Origin: Zootoca vivipara
Lineage: Eukaryota
NCBI RefSeq assembly: GCF_963506605.1
Contig: NC_083285.1
Location: 31,620,001-31,684,000, forward strand
Direction: 5' to 3'
DNA: 64,000 nucleotides
Shown: positions 33,736 through 47,192 of the stretch, piece after piece
How positions within the stretch are numbered: the stretch's first letter is position 1
How the letters are laid out: every line of letters begins with the position of its first letter
Made by a program: the position numbers and the translations under genes
Notes under the pieces: model-generated
Seen by the model: the letters and a program-made list of their open reading frames with translations, nothing else
What the model was told of the DNA's origin: nothing
The model's database searches: none

Positions 33736-35427
33736 GTCTATACAATGAGCCTTGCCTAGCAGCTCATTCTGAAACCAGGTGTTGAAGACTTAAGTAGTGA
33801 CTTCTCTTATGAGTATTTTTGAATCCAGCAGCAGAAATGAAAGTAAATTTGCCAATCCTATGATCAACAGTTGTAAAATTTAAATTAAATTAAAATTTAA
33901 AAGAATTAAATAGCTGATAAGTCTGGTAGGCATAAGCATAATTACTCTTGGAACAAAAAACCCAGGACATTAGTTTATCTGGCAAACACACTGACATTAA
34001 CTAAAGAAGCAGCTGCACAGTTTCTTATGCACTAATAGAAACTTTGTTAGAGATAATCAACAATTCTTTGAAACCTGTAGAATCAACAGTAATGAGCAAT
34101 TAATTCTGAATCACTTCAGAACCCAGAATGTTGACCACAGGAGAAATAGAGACTGAGCAAGAGGAAAATGGAGTTTATGAAGCATGAAGAAATAAAAACG
34201 AGACAAACATAACTTTCAAGAGAAAGTGAGCAGAAGGGGGAAATAGCAATCAATAAAATCTGAAGCTAGCAGAAACTGTCTTGGAAAATAAATGTCCTTC
34301 CAGAAACGTAGATAAGTGCTAATTTATTTAAGAAGAATACTTATTATTCAGAGCCATTTGCCTCCTGCTTTAAACTAAAGGCAGTTGTGTTATGAAACAA
34401 TAACAAGATCCAAACTTTGCACATATCTATTGACATCCAGGAGGGGATCTATTGAAGTACTGGTGTGGCATCAGTACAAAATTGTGATGTTTTTGTTTTT
34501 CACCAGTGACATTTCCACATGATCATGTGTTGCCATTTACTTATTTTTTATTTTTTTTATAAAAAAAGGTCTTCAGTGTAGTCATAAATAATTTGTCTTT
34601 CCAGGATCTTCATTGTGCTGAGATTTGTACATGAACACAAGACATGAGACAAACCATTAACACATGCACACTATGCTAACATATTCATCTGTGATGTCAC
34701 CATTATGTCCTTAATGCTGATGCTATTTTCTGTTTCTGTCATTATGATGGGACAAATACTTGACAGTACTTTAAAAAAAAAAGCTTTCAGTAGGCATGGT
34801 AAAGCAGTAAATAGCTTAATAACTATACAACCTTTTATGGTGCTCCCATACCTCTTAATTTTTGAGTGAAAACATTTTAAGGCAATGAGGAACTGCTGGT
34901 GAGATTTTGAAGCTCTTTGGATAGTTTTAATTTATGGGTAGTTTGAATAGTTAATTGAGGCTTTTCTTTTTTTAAAAAATGATGTCAAATGTTCAGCTCC
35001 AAAACCATCCTTAATCTAATGTCCTTTGTGTCATATACAAACAATACAGTTTTGCTTGATCTTGACCACAAGTAATTTTAATTAATTCAATCCTATTACA
35101 GTAAAGCACATGGGTATTGCCATATCTGTAGAACTTTTAATTACCCAGATTACGTCACACAGTTTCTCTCTCATTTAACCTCACAATGAACTTCCATATT
35201 ACATTTAATATTTATGCCCCACTTTTCTAAAAAAAACAAACCAATATTCAAAGCTGCTTACAAAACAAAAATACAATAGATAATAATATAAAATACTGAA
35301 TGTATTACAAAATACAAATGCAACATAAGGTATAAAATTTACATATTTGATACAAAATAAAATTGCACAAGGTAATTTACTGGAGATTTCCAACAGAAAC
35401 TTTGGCATCAAAACTAAAAGTCTAGTA

Positions 35428-35706
35428 CATGGGTAGGTAACCTAAGGACCGTGGGCCTTCTCAATCCAGCGGACAGTCTGGGAATCAGCATGTTTTTACA
35501 TGAGTAGAATGTGTCATTTTATCTAAAATGCATCTCTGGGTTATTTGTGGGGCCTGCTTGGTATTTTTACATGAGTAGAATGTGTGCTTTTCTTTAAAAT
35601 GCATCTCTGGGTTATTTGTGGGGCATAGGAATTTGTTCTTTTTTTTCTTCAAAATAAAGTCCAGCCCACCCCATGATCTGAGGGATGGTGGACTGGCCCA
35701 CCCTTG
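35428..35706. mobile_element. hAT non-autonomous element with internal 71-bp tandem duplication
   Basis: 8-bp TSD GTCTAGTA (35420-35427, 35707-35714); repeat units start at 35493 and 35564. Confidence 0.8.
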
Positions 35707-38489
35707 GTCTAGTAATTTTTATCTTGGTCCCCCCCCCCCGGGTCTCTTTTAAAAGAACATTTATATATGCCTTTTGATCACTTCAAAAGACCTCGTGTGG
35801 TGCTGTTCACAGATATATCTTTATTTCTGTCTTGGAACGTACAGGTCTCTTTTCCACCCAAAGATTCCCAAAGTACCTTATATAGATCTCTGCTAAATGA
35901 CTGCATTTTTTTTAATGAATCAGAAAATTCATGCATGTGTACGCAGCTCAGTGTGGACAAAGAGCTCTGGATTTTGTTGTTAGTGAGTTTTAGTATTGGT
36001 TCATGTCCCTGCTCAGCTATGAAGTTGACCCAAGGATCTACTTGGACAAATTTCTCTATTAGCCTAGCCTGCTTCACAGGATTCCTGTGAAAATAAATTG
36101 ATTTCTTAGTACATTGAAGAACACTATAAAAGTCAACAATGGTAGATAGAAGAGGCATTTTATATGTTTAAAATGTTTTTCCCTAGTTTATCACTTCAAA
36201 AGTGATCTGTATACAATGTAAAATTAATCCATATTGGGATTATTAAAGTTCAGGCTTTACATACTCAACTGTTTTATCTATCTTTTTAATTTAACCAATA
36301 ACTAGCACAGATTTAACAAACTAGTGAAATTCAACTATGAATCTTTTGGGAGATCACTAGAAAAGGAAGAAGGCTTGCAAACCAATATTAATTCTTCACA
36401 TTTTTTTTTAAAGTGCATCGACTGCTGTCTGATGTTTTTTGCTCAAAGCAAGATCCAGGGTTGCTTTGTAATGCTGTGGGGAAAATAAGGTCTTTGCAGA
36501 AATAGCAATATGATAATCTGACAGGACTCAAGAGATAGATGGTGTCTAGTGTTCTCTCTCCCCTGAACATTTGTGTTGTTGTTTTCAATAGATATTAAGC
36601 AGTTGCCAATATCTCATTTTGTCAAATACATGTTAAATCCACATACTTGTGGATTTGGGGGATCTTAAATGCTAATTATTTTTATTACACCTTATTACAC
36701 CTTTCCAAGGTTTAAGTTAGCATATAAATATAATAAAAATCAGTAAAATACAGCAACACTGCCCACAAAGAAGCAAGCAATTACATTCAAATGCGAGCAA
36801 AGAGAGGTGCTGGCTTGTTTTTGTTTGGTTTTTTTGTAGTTTTCTACAAACATTTGGCTACCTCTTCATTAGAATGTGCTGCTTCAATGTAGTTTTGGGC
36901 AAAAGTATCCCCCTGAATGCAGTTATATGGCCTTAGCAGCTAATCCATAGAGATCACCAATATGAAACAGATGGTGCTGAAGGAAAGCACTGGAAATGGA
37001 CCTTGTCAGATTTTGTTGCTGTGATAGACTGTCCCAGAGTGCAGAAGCAAACATTATGTTCCTATCCTTCAATACTAAATGAGTCTGGACAAGAAACTAT
37101 TTCCTCTTATGAACAAAATCTGACAGATTCAGCTACTGGTAATGCTGAAATTATCCCTTGAATCCACCGGTACTCACTTGCTGAAATACGGAAGTAGGAA
37201 ACAGTGTCTACTTGTGTTGGTGAAAAGTTTAATGGTGTGTTCTCTAAGAGCTATTTAACACAAATTGTGCTTTAGCACTGACTGTCAAGTGACCCTATAT
37301 ATCTGTGATGGGCTGTTTAGGCAGAACTGTGGGTTTTTATTTTTATTTTTAAATCCCTTCGAAAAGTCAATAAACATTTTCTCTCTTCCTTTCTCTTTCT
37401 CTCTTCCTGCCATTAGTAACATTAGTAAACATATCTATATTTCCATGCATCATAAATCAAAACAAAGTACAATGTAATTCTCAAAACTTTACGTTTCCAT
37501 GACAGTATTTCATCCATGAGAGTATTTCATCCATGAATAAGCATAATTGATATTCTTGTATCCCACTATCCAACATTCAGCTGAAGTTCCAAATGCCTTG
37601 TTAGCGAATAGAAGATATGATTAAGATTATAATCATGCTAAGTTGTATTGCAGAAAAACAATAAATACTATTGTATCTACCCTTACAATAATTAATTTAA
37701 AAAACATTTTGTACAATTTTGATATTTTTTCCTTGTCTGCTAGAAAAACAAGTTCCAAAGATTCTTTCTTCCAAAATCTCTGATGTCGTGTCTGTTTCAC
37801 TTGTGTACAAAATGGCGACAAAATATTTCCATGTTCATGTTAGATAAATTTAAATGTTTTACAGTGGCATCAGTGTGTAGTGCCCCAGATAATTCATAAA
37901 TTCTTAGCCATCTTTCAAAGTAGTCAGAGGTGTAATTAGTATTGCATTTCCACTGACTTAGTTTGACCCATTGTTTGACCCATTGTTTGCAGTTTGTTTC
38001 TATATGTGGCTAAGAGAGTGGATTATTATAAATTAATTTTATTCCAGCTACTGAGCCATTTGAGATTGTGCACATTGGTTGGAGAATGTACAAGGTTCAG
38101 GTAATATATGCACATTTCTCAAGGCCTGATGGAGGGTATTTATATTGATCTGGACAGATTCTGTGCATTTGTGATGAAGCCTGATGAACATGCACAGTGA
38201 CCAGTTGTAATGCAGATTAACCACTAACCTTACCTTACATTACCCCAAAGGGTGTGTGTGTGTGTGTGTGTGCGTCTCCAGTTTCAACCAGTCCTGAACT
38301 CCTCTTGACAAAGAGATACAGTTACATTTCAAATAATTTCAGGAAGGACAAGCAAGTATCTTTTGGATGTACTAGATATTGTTATAGTTTGTGGGATAGC
38401 AAAAATCATAGATGTGCAATAATAATAGAAACAGGTGCCACTTTCTGCTTTGAAATATAGAATGGGAACACAAAAGTGCATTTTTTAGC

Positions 38490-39740
38490 AGTCATGATCA
38501 GGTTCAGCAGTCATGATCACAGTTCATTGCCAGTTGTCTGGTGACAATCAGGTCCAGCTGGTGCCAGTTGCCTAACCTTGGATGTCCCCAGGGCACTTGC
38601 TGTTTTGCCTTGGTAGAGAAGAACGTGTTGGTGATCCAGAGGCTGTGATGTGAGCACAAATCAAGCAGCCTTTATCTGTTCTCGTTCATGCTGCCAACAC
38701 GAAAGTGACCTATGCTGTTGCCCCATGCATGATCACCCCAACTCTGTCATTGAAATCTCCCAGCAGGAATAGGTGTTCACAGACTGGGACCGTCCTGAAA
38801 TCCTGGTCTAGTTCTGTGTAGAACTGATCCTTGGTCTGTATATCAGAGCATCTATTGGGAATGTAGGCACTCAGTTTGTTAACTAGATGAGAGGTGGAGG
38901 GGAAGCAAGCATTCTGAGCCTTCGGCTGGGGGTTCTATTGCAGTCAGAAGAGAGTTCCTCACTGAGAAGCCTACACTATGAATATGTGGTTCTTCTGGAT
39001 GCCCTTCTTGCTAGAAAAATGTGTAGTTCTTCTCTTGGAGGCTGCCATTCAAAATGACTCCAGTCTCCTGTAAAGCAGCAATGAAAATGTTGACCGTTTT
39101 CAGCTCATGGTCTATGATGGCCACCATCCAGGAGTCATTGACCTGCCACAGTGGGCAAGCCAAGACACATGGTCCTGATGTTCCAGTCTCCTAGGGTTTG
39201 CTTCTCCTTTTGTTGTTCGGTCCACTTGTCAAGTGATACTCTGAGCTCCAAGCACCCATTGCAGCACATGGACAGTGGCAAGTCAACTCTTGATTGACTG
39301 GACACTGCCCAGCTTAAGGTGGTTGGTAGCTGACCAGTGAGACATTATGATCTCTTCCAAAAACAACACTCATACTTTATGCCTATCAGGTTGAGCTTAT
39401 CACTCACAATTGTTGTCTTCTGCATTGTTTTTGCTGCATTAACAGCACCGAAGTGATGTCTGCAGGGCACAAGCCAGAGCAATGTTTGTGGACGTTCTGG
39501 GCTGCCCACACGACACATCTCTGCTCTCTGGCTCGCTAATGTGGTCCAAATAAAAAGAAAGCAATGCATTTGGCACCAGCTGGGCTGCTGGAATTGTTGG
39601 AAGCAGCCATACAATAAGTCATCTGACCATCTTAGGGACTCCACTCCAAAATCGTGTAGGGTTTACTCCTTAGCCTTTTCTTCTCCTGAAGATGTTCTGC
39701 AAGGCAATGGAGATTTAGGATCAGAGTTTTCCTTCCATCA
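38490..39740 (-). mobile_element. RTE-clade LINE 5' portion (5'UTR plus degenerate APE endonuclease)
   Basis: - strand motifs in order: WNIRT (~39171-39185), ALQET, SAYIP, KDQFY, LLGDFNDRVG (~38738-38766), ITNTFF, WHQLDLIV; boundaries approximate. Confidence 0.75.
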
Positions 39741-41028
39741 GATCATGTCAGTGTTCTCTTTTCTTGTGGTAAGGCAAGCAGAATTTAATGGATTATTTGT
39801 GAAATAAAGCACTCAATTCGCTTTGTACAAATAAAATCAATTTTATGTAACACCAAAGAAATGCAGGAAGAAAGAGGGAACAGCTTCACATCCTATCTCA
39901 TTGATATTTATTACTTTTCTGATAGCCTTATGTATTTTGCATTTTTCTAAAAACTAAATAAAAGAAAAAAGCAGCAAGCAGTTGTTAGTCTATGAAAATT
40001 GGTTGTTGTGCTCTAAGGGTGATGCAACTTTGGATTTGATTAGATTCTATTAATGAGATCAAATGATGCTTTTGGTCTCGAGAAGCTAATGCAAACGAAA
40101 TCTATTTATCACCTTGGCAGTGGTCCTGCAAGGAAGTTAATGACCATTACTGTGCTACTACCAAGCCAATCAGAAATCATGCTTTTTGTGCAGAAAAGCT
40201 GAAGCGAGCAATCAATCATTATCATCATCATCATCATAATGCTGTTAAATGGGAGTCTACAAAGGAAAGGAAAGCAACTTGGCCATTAACTTCAAATGCA
40301 CCCTGGAAATGGGTTTCTTTGTGTGCAGAGCGCCCCTGGTATCATGGTTGCAGCCTAAGAGATCTTTCCAGCATGAAATAGCTAAAAACACCAGGCAAGG
40401 GAGACATTCACACTTAGGTGCTTTATTGTGTGTATAGGACAGGGATAGATAGACAGATAGATTAGATAGTTATAGAGATATAATTTATTTCCCAAAAGAA
40501 TAATAGAACACATTTCTTACATCAGACGTCTAGCTTTTGTGCAGACCAGGACTCATCTAATAGAATTTTCCCCTTGTCTCAGTTGTGTAGGTAAGTATTT
40601 CATAGCTTCCATTTTCGATCCAGAGACATACTCAAATCAAAACCTCACTTATAACTCATTCTTTGCTGTAAAGCTTACAAAAGCACTCAACAATAGCAAG
40701 GCAATTTAGGAAGTTGCATTGTTCAACACCAGGCATCAAAGTCTTTTGTCATTCTTCTGCTTTGTCAACCTGGTGACCTTCATTCTTCATAGTGATCTGG
40801 ATTGCAGGATGAGTGAAACCGTACTGGATATAGCTTTTTTTGTTGTTCTTACAAATAATATGCATCAAATTACTTGTTATGATTGTAACTTTGTGTTATT
40901 TATTTGTTATATTTGCATCCCACCATTCCATCAAATTCTAATTCTCAAAGTGCAATCCCAATCCTCTTTTCATACTGTTTCCTAGAAGAGGTTAAGGTGT
41001 CTATATGAAGCCATTGGAAGTACCAGTA

Positions 41029-41147
41029 GTTACAGGTAGGTAGCCGTGTTGGTCTGCCATAGTCGGAACAAAATAAAAAAAATTCCTTCCAGTAGCACCT
41101 TAGAGACCAACTAAGTTTGTTATTGGTACGAGCTTTTCTTCAGATAC
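41029..41147 (-). mobile_element. Penelope-like pLTR fragment with hammerhead stem II deleted
   Basis: - strand GGTATCTGAAGA^AAAGCTCGTACC..GGCAGACCAACACGGCTACCTACCTGTAAC. Confidence 0.8.
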
Positions 41148-43111
41148 CCTTGGGAGTAGTCATTTAAACATTTGGGGTGAGGTCACATGTGATAATAATG
41201 TTAAACAAGCAGTTCTTGGGAATTTTATTTTAAAAAGGAACTGCTTCTAGTTCAAGATCATCCAAAAAAGAACTAGTTCCAGTTCCAGTTTGTCCGTTTA
41301 GAATACTACCTAGTTCCATTCAAGTTCATCCAGTTCATGTTTAACAGTTCATTAAAAGTTAATAAAAAGTTCATCCTTGGTAAACAAAAAACAGCAATCC
41401 ACATGGTACAAGCTACTGTGCTGAAGTATACGGTCCAATAGTACATCATGAGCCACAGAAAGACAGAATGAAACCAGATGAAGCTTTCGCCATAATAGAA
41501 AATGTTTTCTTTGTTTCATTTGTGCCAACCACACAGCTGTTCAAGGCACAATGTGCCATTCACTTTGCTCCTGTGCCTGTATTTCTCAGTGCAATGTGCT
41601 CCTTTTGGATGGTACCGAATATTATTAGCAGGGAAGATACAGGAAATATCTCACATTCCTTCTTTCTGATTATGTGATTAAGTGACTAAGCATCCTTCGT
41701 GACACCAGCACCTCCATATCTGCCTAATAAGCCTAAGAACATTATCTCCTTTACTTTCTCGCTTTCTTGATAGAAGTTGGCTTAATAAGACTCCAGGTCT
41801 CCTATGGAGTGTGTCATGATGAAACATGAAGATGAACTACAGTCATTCAGAGTTTTACCTCAAAGTGAACTTAATTCACCCAACAATTTTGGGACCCGCT
41901 TTCAGGTGTAGTTCAGAGATTATTATTATTTTTTACTAGTTCAATGCTTTGCTAGTGGTACACGTAGAGATGAATTGGCACACATCTGGCTCCTAAGTGA
42001 TTTGATGCAACATCAACAGTTTCTCTCTCAGGAAAGAAAAGGCATGACAAAAATCAGTGTAGCTTTTCAACAATTTGGCTAGTCAAATATGATTACTGGA
42101 ATCCAATTTGGGCAAACATGGCTTTTGGCTTTTAATAATGAGGTCAGCAGGTATGGTTTGTAGCCCTCTAATGTATTCTGGGCTGCTGTGCATTTGTGCT
42201 GAAGTTAGTTCATCTGCTGGCGTTTGGAGCTTAGATTTAATTCAGAGCTGATATTGCTGTGTAATGTGGAACAAATCATGTAGGCAGTAGCAATTGCAGC
42301 TGGCTAAGCCCACACGATTGGTACATTTTTATGTCAGACAGCTTTCTGCCTAAGAAAGATATGCTGTCGTAAGTTTCATAGCATTAATCTCTTGCCAAGC
42401 AACTTCCAATTTCTCTTATTTGTATGAGACATTCTTATGGAATTATGCATGCATTTCTCAACACCAGGGAAGAGATTTCAAATGCATATAACACCCACAT
42501 GCTTATGGAGAATTAAATTCATTGATCGTGGCAGGACTTACTTATAAATCAGCACGAATGGAGTAACTTTATGGTCTAGTTCTGTACATATTTTTCCAAT
42601 TATGTCAATGCATCTTCTGTCTGCATGACGCAGCAACTTATGGCATATCACAAAAGTTGTATGTGAAAGCATACTGTGGGCAACTGTGTTCACCTCTGGT
42701 TATCACAGTTCAAGAAGCATGTGGACAAATAAGTGGAAAGAAAGAATTCAAAGAATTCTGATAAAAGAACTGAAAGGCAATCCTCCGTGATGAGAAAATC
42801 AATTAGGTATAATTGGTGTATAGTTTAAAACATTTTTGGTTGAATCCAGAGCAAGGTAGTCACACTTAGCAGAACAATCCTATGTATGTCACTTACCAAG
42901 AAGAGGGAGGGAGGGTTGAGGCTCAAGGCCGTCCTTCTTTTGGTATACGGCAGTGACCTGCAGTGGTGGGAAGCTGGGAGAGCAACAGAGCCCGACCTGT
43001 TCAATAGGACTTTGTTGAGTTCAATAGGATTTATTCAAAGGTAAGCTTCAATTTCCACTGAGATGATTTCAGTGCTAGTCTTACTCAGAGTAGAGCCATC
43101 AAGTTAATGGA

Positions 43112-43246
43112 CATAGAATCATAGAATTGTAGAGTTAGAAGGGAACCTAGTCGAACCCCCTGCAATGCAGCTGTCCCTAACGGGGATTGAACCTACGACC
43201 TTGGCGTTATCAGCACCACTCTCTCACAAACTGAGCTATCAAGGCT
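43112..43246 (-). mobile_element. tRNA-derived SINE with CR1-type tail (Squam3-like)
   Basis: TAGCTCAGT A box, GGTTCAATCCC B box, tail ATTCTATGATTCTAT. Confidence 0.75.
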
Positions 43247-45068
43247 AGCATAAGTACATGACTAATTTAGGATTAATGTGTCTCCTCTGAGTAGGACTTA
43301 GTTGAATACAACTCACTGTGACTAACTTCAATCCTCACAGGCATTAAAGAAACCCACCCCTGCCACTGCTGTTGTTTTCAGGATACAATGAGACTGGCAT
43401 ATTTGGTGGAGTTTAGTAGCAATGGTGTTTTCACCAGAAGCTGGGAAACATTAGGTTTAAGAAAAAATAAATTGGTAAGCCTTCCTTGTCATATGGACTC
43501 TTCCAGACTGTGAAAAAATCTGTGAAAAATATATCAACACACCTGACAGCCACAATTTGCATCTACACCAATTTATCCTCCCCCATTTCCTGTGTAGTAT
43601 TACTGGAACAGTCATCTTGAATTCCCCAAAGATAGGAAAATGGAAGATGGACAGATAACTCGTTTTCCATAAAAGACTTCTCTGTCATCAGATGATAGGA
43701 GGGTGGATTCACCAAGAAACAAATGAATGAGAATAAATATACTACATCAAGAACTAGATTTAATCTGATGCAAGGCTGAGCCCCAGAACTTCTTTTCAAT
43801 TCTAGGATTCAGCCTTAGGCTGTCTGAAGGAAAGACACAGCCAAAGTCCACAATCTTATAGGTATGATGTTTGAACAGGCCTGAATCCCAGGACCTCTTG
43901 TGTTAGAAATTAGTGTGGGTGACTGTGCCATCTATTTCCTTTGATACAGCTTCTTGTTATGATTCATTCAGTCCATCTTCATTACTTTAAGCGGTTAATT
44001 GTCATTCGTTTTCACTATCTGCTCCATTTTCTTTTTGTAATTCACTGGCACCACCTGTCAGGCTCTATTCACCCTTCCGTTTTGTGAAACATAATCGTAG
44101 AGACTTCTGTGTAAGTTGCTTGGCGGAATATATCGCAGATCTGATGGGCTTGGGTACATCTCTGGAAGCCAACACAACTGCTTTTCTTAAATCCTCTTTT
44201 ACAAGATTTTAATGAAATTTTAATCGCCATATAGAAAAGGTTATTATAGTGATCACACCAAAGTTTAGTTATATAATTGACTTTTTCATCACAGGTTTTG
44301 ATTCTGATCCTTGCTGAAATCAAATGAATTTTTTTCATCACGGTTGCTGTGTTGTTTTGCATTATAGCAGTGGCTGCCCAGATATCCATTTTGAATGGAT
44401 AAACTGAATGCTTAGGATTTTCTGATTTATTGAAGTAGACTTGTGCACGTGCGCAAGCACATGTATGTGTTTAGCATTGAAACATGAAGAGCATCGGGAA
44501 GATATGAATGCTAACAACATAGATCTCTTTGAATGGGGTAATCATTGCCCTTGGCTAGTGTTCACTGACGACTTTGACCTGCATCTGAGTCACTGTCAAG
44601 AAAAGGCAGCAGCAAGTGGAGAAATGTTGTTCATTATATCTGGCTGTGTTGAACACATGCACTTGCTTTCTGAAGCTCTGAATGAGACAAGTACACAGCC
44701 AGCTCCTGCTGACTCGAAGCTAGCTTGATTTACCAGGTCATAATGCAAGGTGGGTTAAAGGGGTGATTTTAAAGGCAGAAATGAATAATTCCCTCAACAC
44801 AACAAGCATAGTTAGAAGCCCAGGAGACTTGGCAAACTATAGAAAGGCAATTGTTTATCCACAGCAGTCTCCTACTGCTTTGTGTAGATAATTCATATTT
44901 GTGTTATATAAATTTTATTTGCATGAGGTGAAATATAAAAGAGAAGCATACGAAATCTGGAGTTCTTTTGTTTAGGAGATGCAATTTTTTTTATATATAT
45001 TTTCTAAAGGCAGACTCTATTTGCTTTACAGTACTCCTTTTCTCTTAATCTTTTGACTAACAGTGTGA

Positions 45069-45314
<246 letters not shown>

Positions 45315-45648
45315 TGAGCAATGTTTCAATTAAAACCTGAGTTTTAATTGTTTGAATATTAGACCATCAGTGGCCTGACAGCAGTATTGAGTACTGGAAA
45401 ATGATTAGCCCAGCCCTTGCTAACCTGGGGTCCCCCAGATGCCTTGGAGCATCAGCCCTAAAAGGAGTTCACTCCAGAACATCCGGGGGGGACACTAGGT
45501 TCCTAAAGCCCGGGTTAGCATAATTCTTGTATCAAATAACAAGGAAATGCTTTGAAGAATGTTCCACTGGTTTTAATGGAACATATTCTCTAGCAAATTC
45601 ACATTAGCATGTAGCATTTGTTGGAGTTTGAGGTCTTCAGGATACAAC

Positions 45649-45737
45649 GATAGCTGTCAAGTTCTCCCTTTTTTAAGGGAAATTCCCTTATGCTGAATAG
45701 GCTTCCTCACGAGAAAAGGGAAAACTTGACAGCTATG
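45649..45737. mobile_element. hAT-type MITE (~90 bp)
   Basis: ATAGCTGTCAAGTT..AACTTGACAGCTAT TIR; TSD GATACAAC. Confidence 0.88.
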
Positions 45738-46362
45738 GATACAACGCAGAATCTTTTTTCCCCAGTGCTAAAGCACAGCTCCTGAATATCTAAAATAGAA
45801 TATTAATGAATGTGCAGTGGTATTCCTAATTAAACAAGATTATTTTCCTACAGCCCAATCAAATGCATGTTGACTCAGAAGTAAGAGCCATTGAATTAAG
45901 TGGGGCTTAGTGCCTAGTAAACATGCATTAGGATTACATTGATAGTTCTTGGCACTCTTTGCTGACTCTTAATGTCCACCTAATAGTAAAGAGACAACTC
46001 TTGTATGGCCACAGTTATCCACGAAAACACTTTGGTACAATGAATGAGCTATTAATCTTTAGCAAGGGAATTCTCGCCATCTTCATGAAATTACAATTCA
46101 CAGGAATCTTTGGGGGGAAACCACTGCAATTTTTCCCCAAAAGAAAATATAAGGTGGGTTTGTATGTTTTCCAAATGCTACAGGTTTACTAAGTGTATAT
46201 TATGTGTCTGTTAAAAGGAAAGAATCTTAACATGTGAAGCAACACTTACATTGCAGAATCTGTTTCAGGAGCGATGTTGATAACCTAGAATTTTAATCTT
46301 TCCTGCCATGCCTTTATCGGGACTCCCCTTTTCTTATGCAGAATCAGTTGTTCCTATTCCAT

Positions 46363-46369
46363 ATAATAA

Positions 46370-46408
<39 letters not shown>

Positions 46409-46557
46409 TTATTATTTATACCCCACCCATCTGGCCGGGTTCCCCCAGCCACTCTGGGCGGCTTCCAACAAAATATTAAAATACAGAAATCCATCAAACA
46501 TTAAAAGCTTCCCTAAACAGGGCTGCCTTGAGATGCCTTCTAAAGGTCTGGTAGTTG
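46363..46557 (-). mobile_element. L2 LINE 3' end with (TAT)n tail
   Basis: Reverse complement matches the 3' ends at 58440-58632 and 61290-61438. Confidence 0.85.
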
Positions 46558-46806
46558 ATGCCTCGCAAGACGAAATTAATTCGTTCCGCAAGTCGTTTCG
46601 TATTGCGAAAATTTTCATCTTGCGAAGTGCTGTTAACCATAGGAAAACCAGAACAAACCAGAACAAAAAAAAAATTTGCAAAAAATTCATCTTGTGAAGC
46701 ACAGCCATAGAAAAATTTGTCTTGCGAGTCACCAAAAAAATCGCGAACCCCTTTCATCTTGCGAGTTTTTTGTTGCGCGAGGCATTCGTCTTGCGAGGTA
46801 CCACTG
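46558..46806. mobile_element. Tc1/pogo-type MITE, left end missing
   Basis: Ends TTGCGAGGTACCACTG; repeated TCTTGCGA motifs. Confidence 0.75.
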
Positions 46807-47056
46807 CATATAATGACAGGGCGGATCTTCCAGATCACAGGGAGTGGTTTCTTCTCTCTTTTTTGATGCACTGAATTCTCTGAACTGGAATTCAGTTGGT
46901 AAAAATTACTACTCACTCAAATTAGGATTACGTACATTATCTGATGCAAAAGGAAGAAGATATGTGTCATAGCTTGCCTCCAATATTGATATTTATTATA
47001 AACAGATATCAAAGTGTTTTTGGGTAAAGGAACTGCCCATAAACAAGACTGTATAG

Positions 47057-47192
47057 CAGGCATCCCCAAACTTCGGCCCTCCAGATGTTTTGGACTACAG
47101 TTCCCATCTTCCCCAACAACTGGCCCTGTTAGCTAGGGATCATGGGAATTGTAGGCCAACACATCTGGAGGGCCGTAGTTTGGGGATGCCTG
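47057..47192. mobile_element. hAT palindromic MITE, 136 bp
   Basis: Same family as 33600; TSD CTGTATAG. Confidence 0.92.

Noticed and set aside
43165-43246. tRNA-like sequence
   Set aside because: SINE head attached to a CR1-type tail, with no intact acceptor stem. The same applies to the 57705 and Sauria SINE heads.
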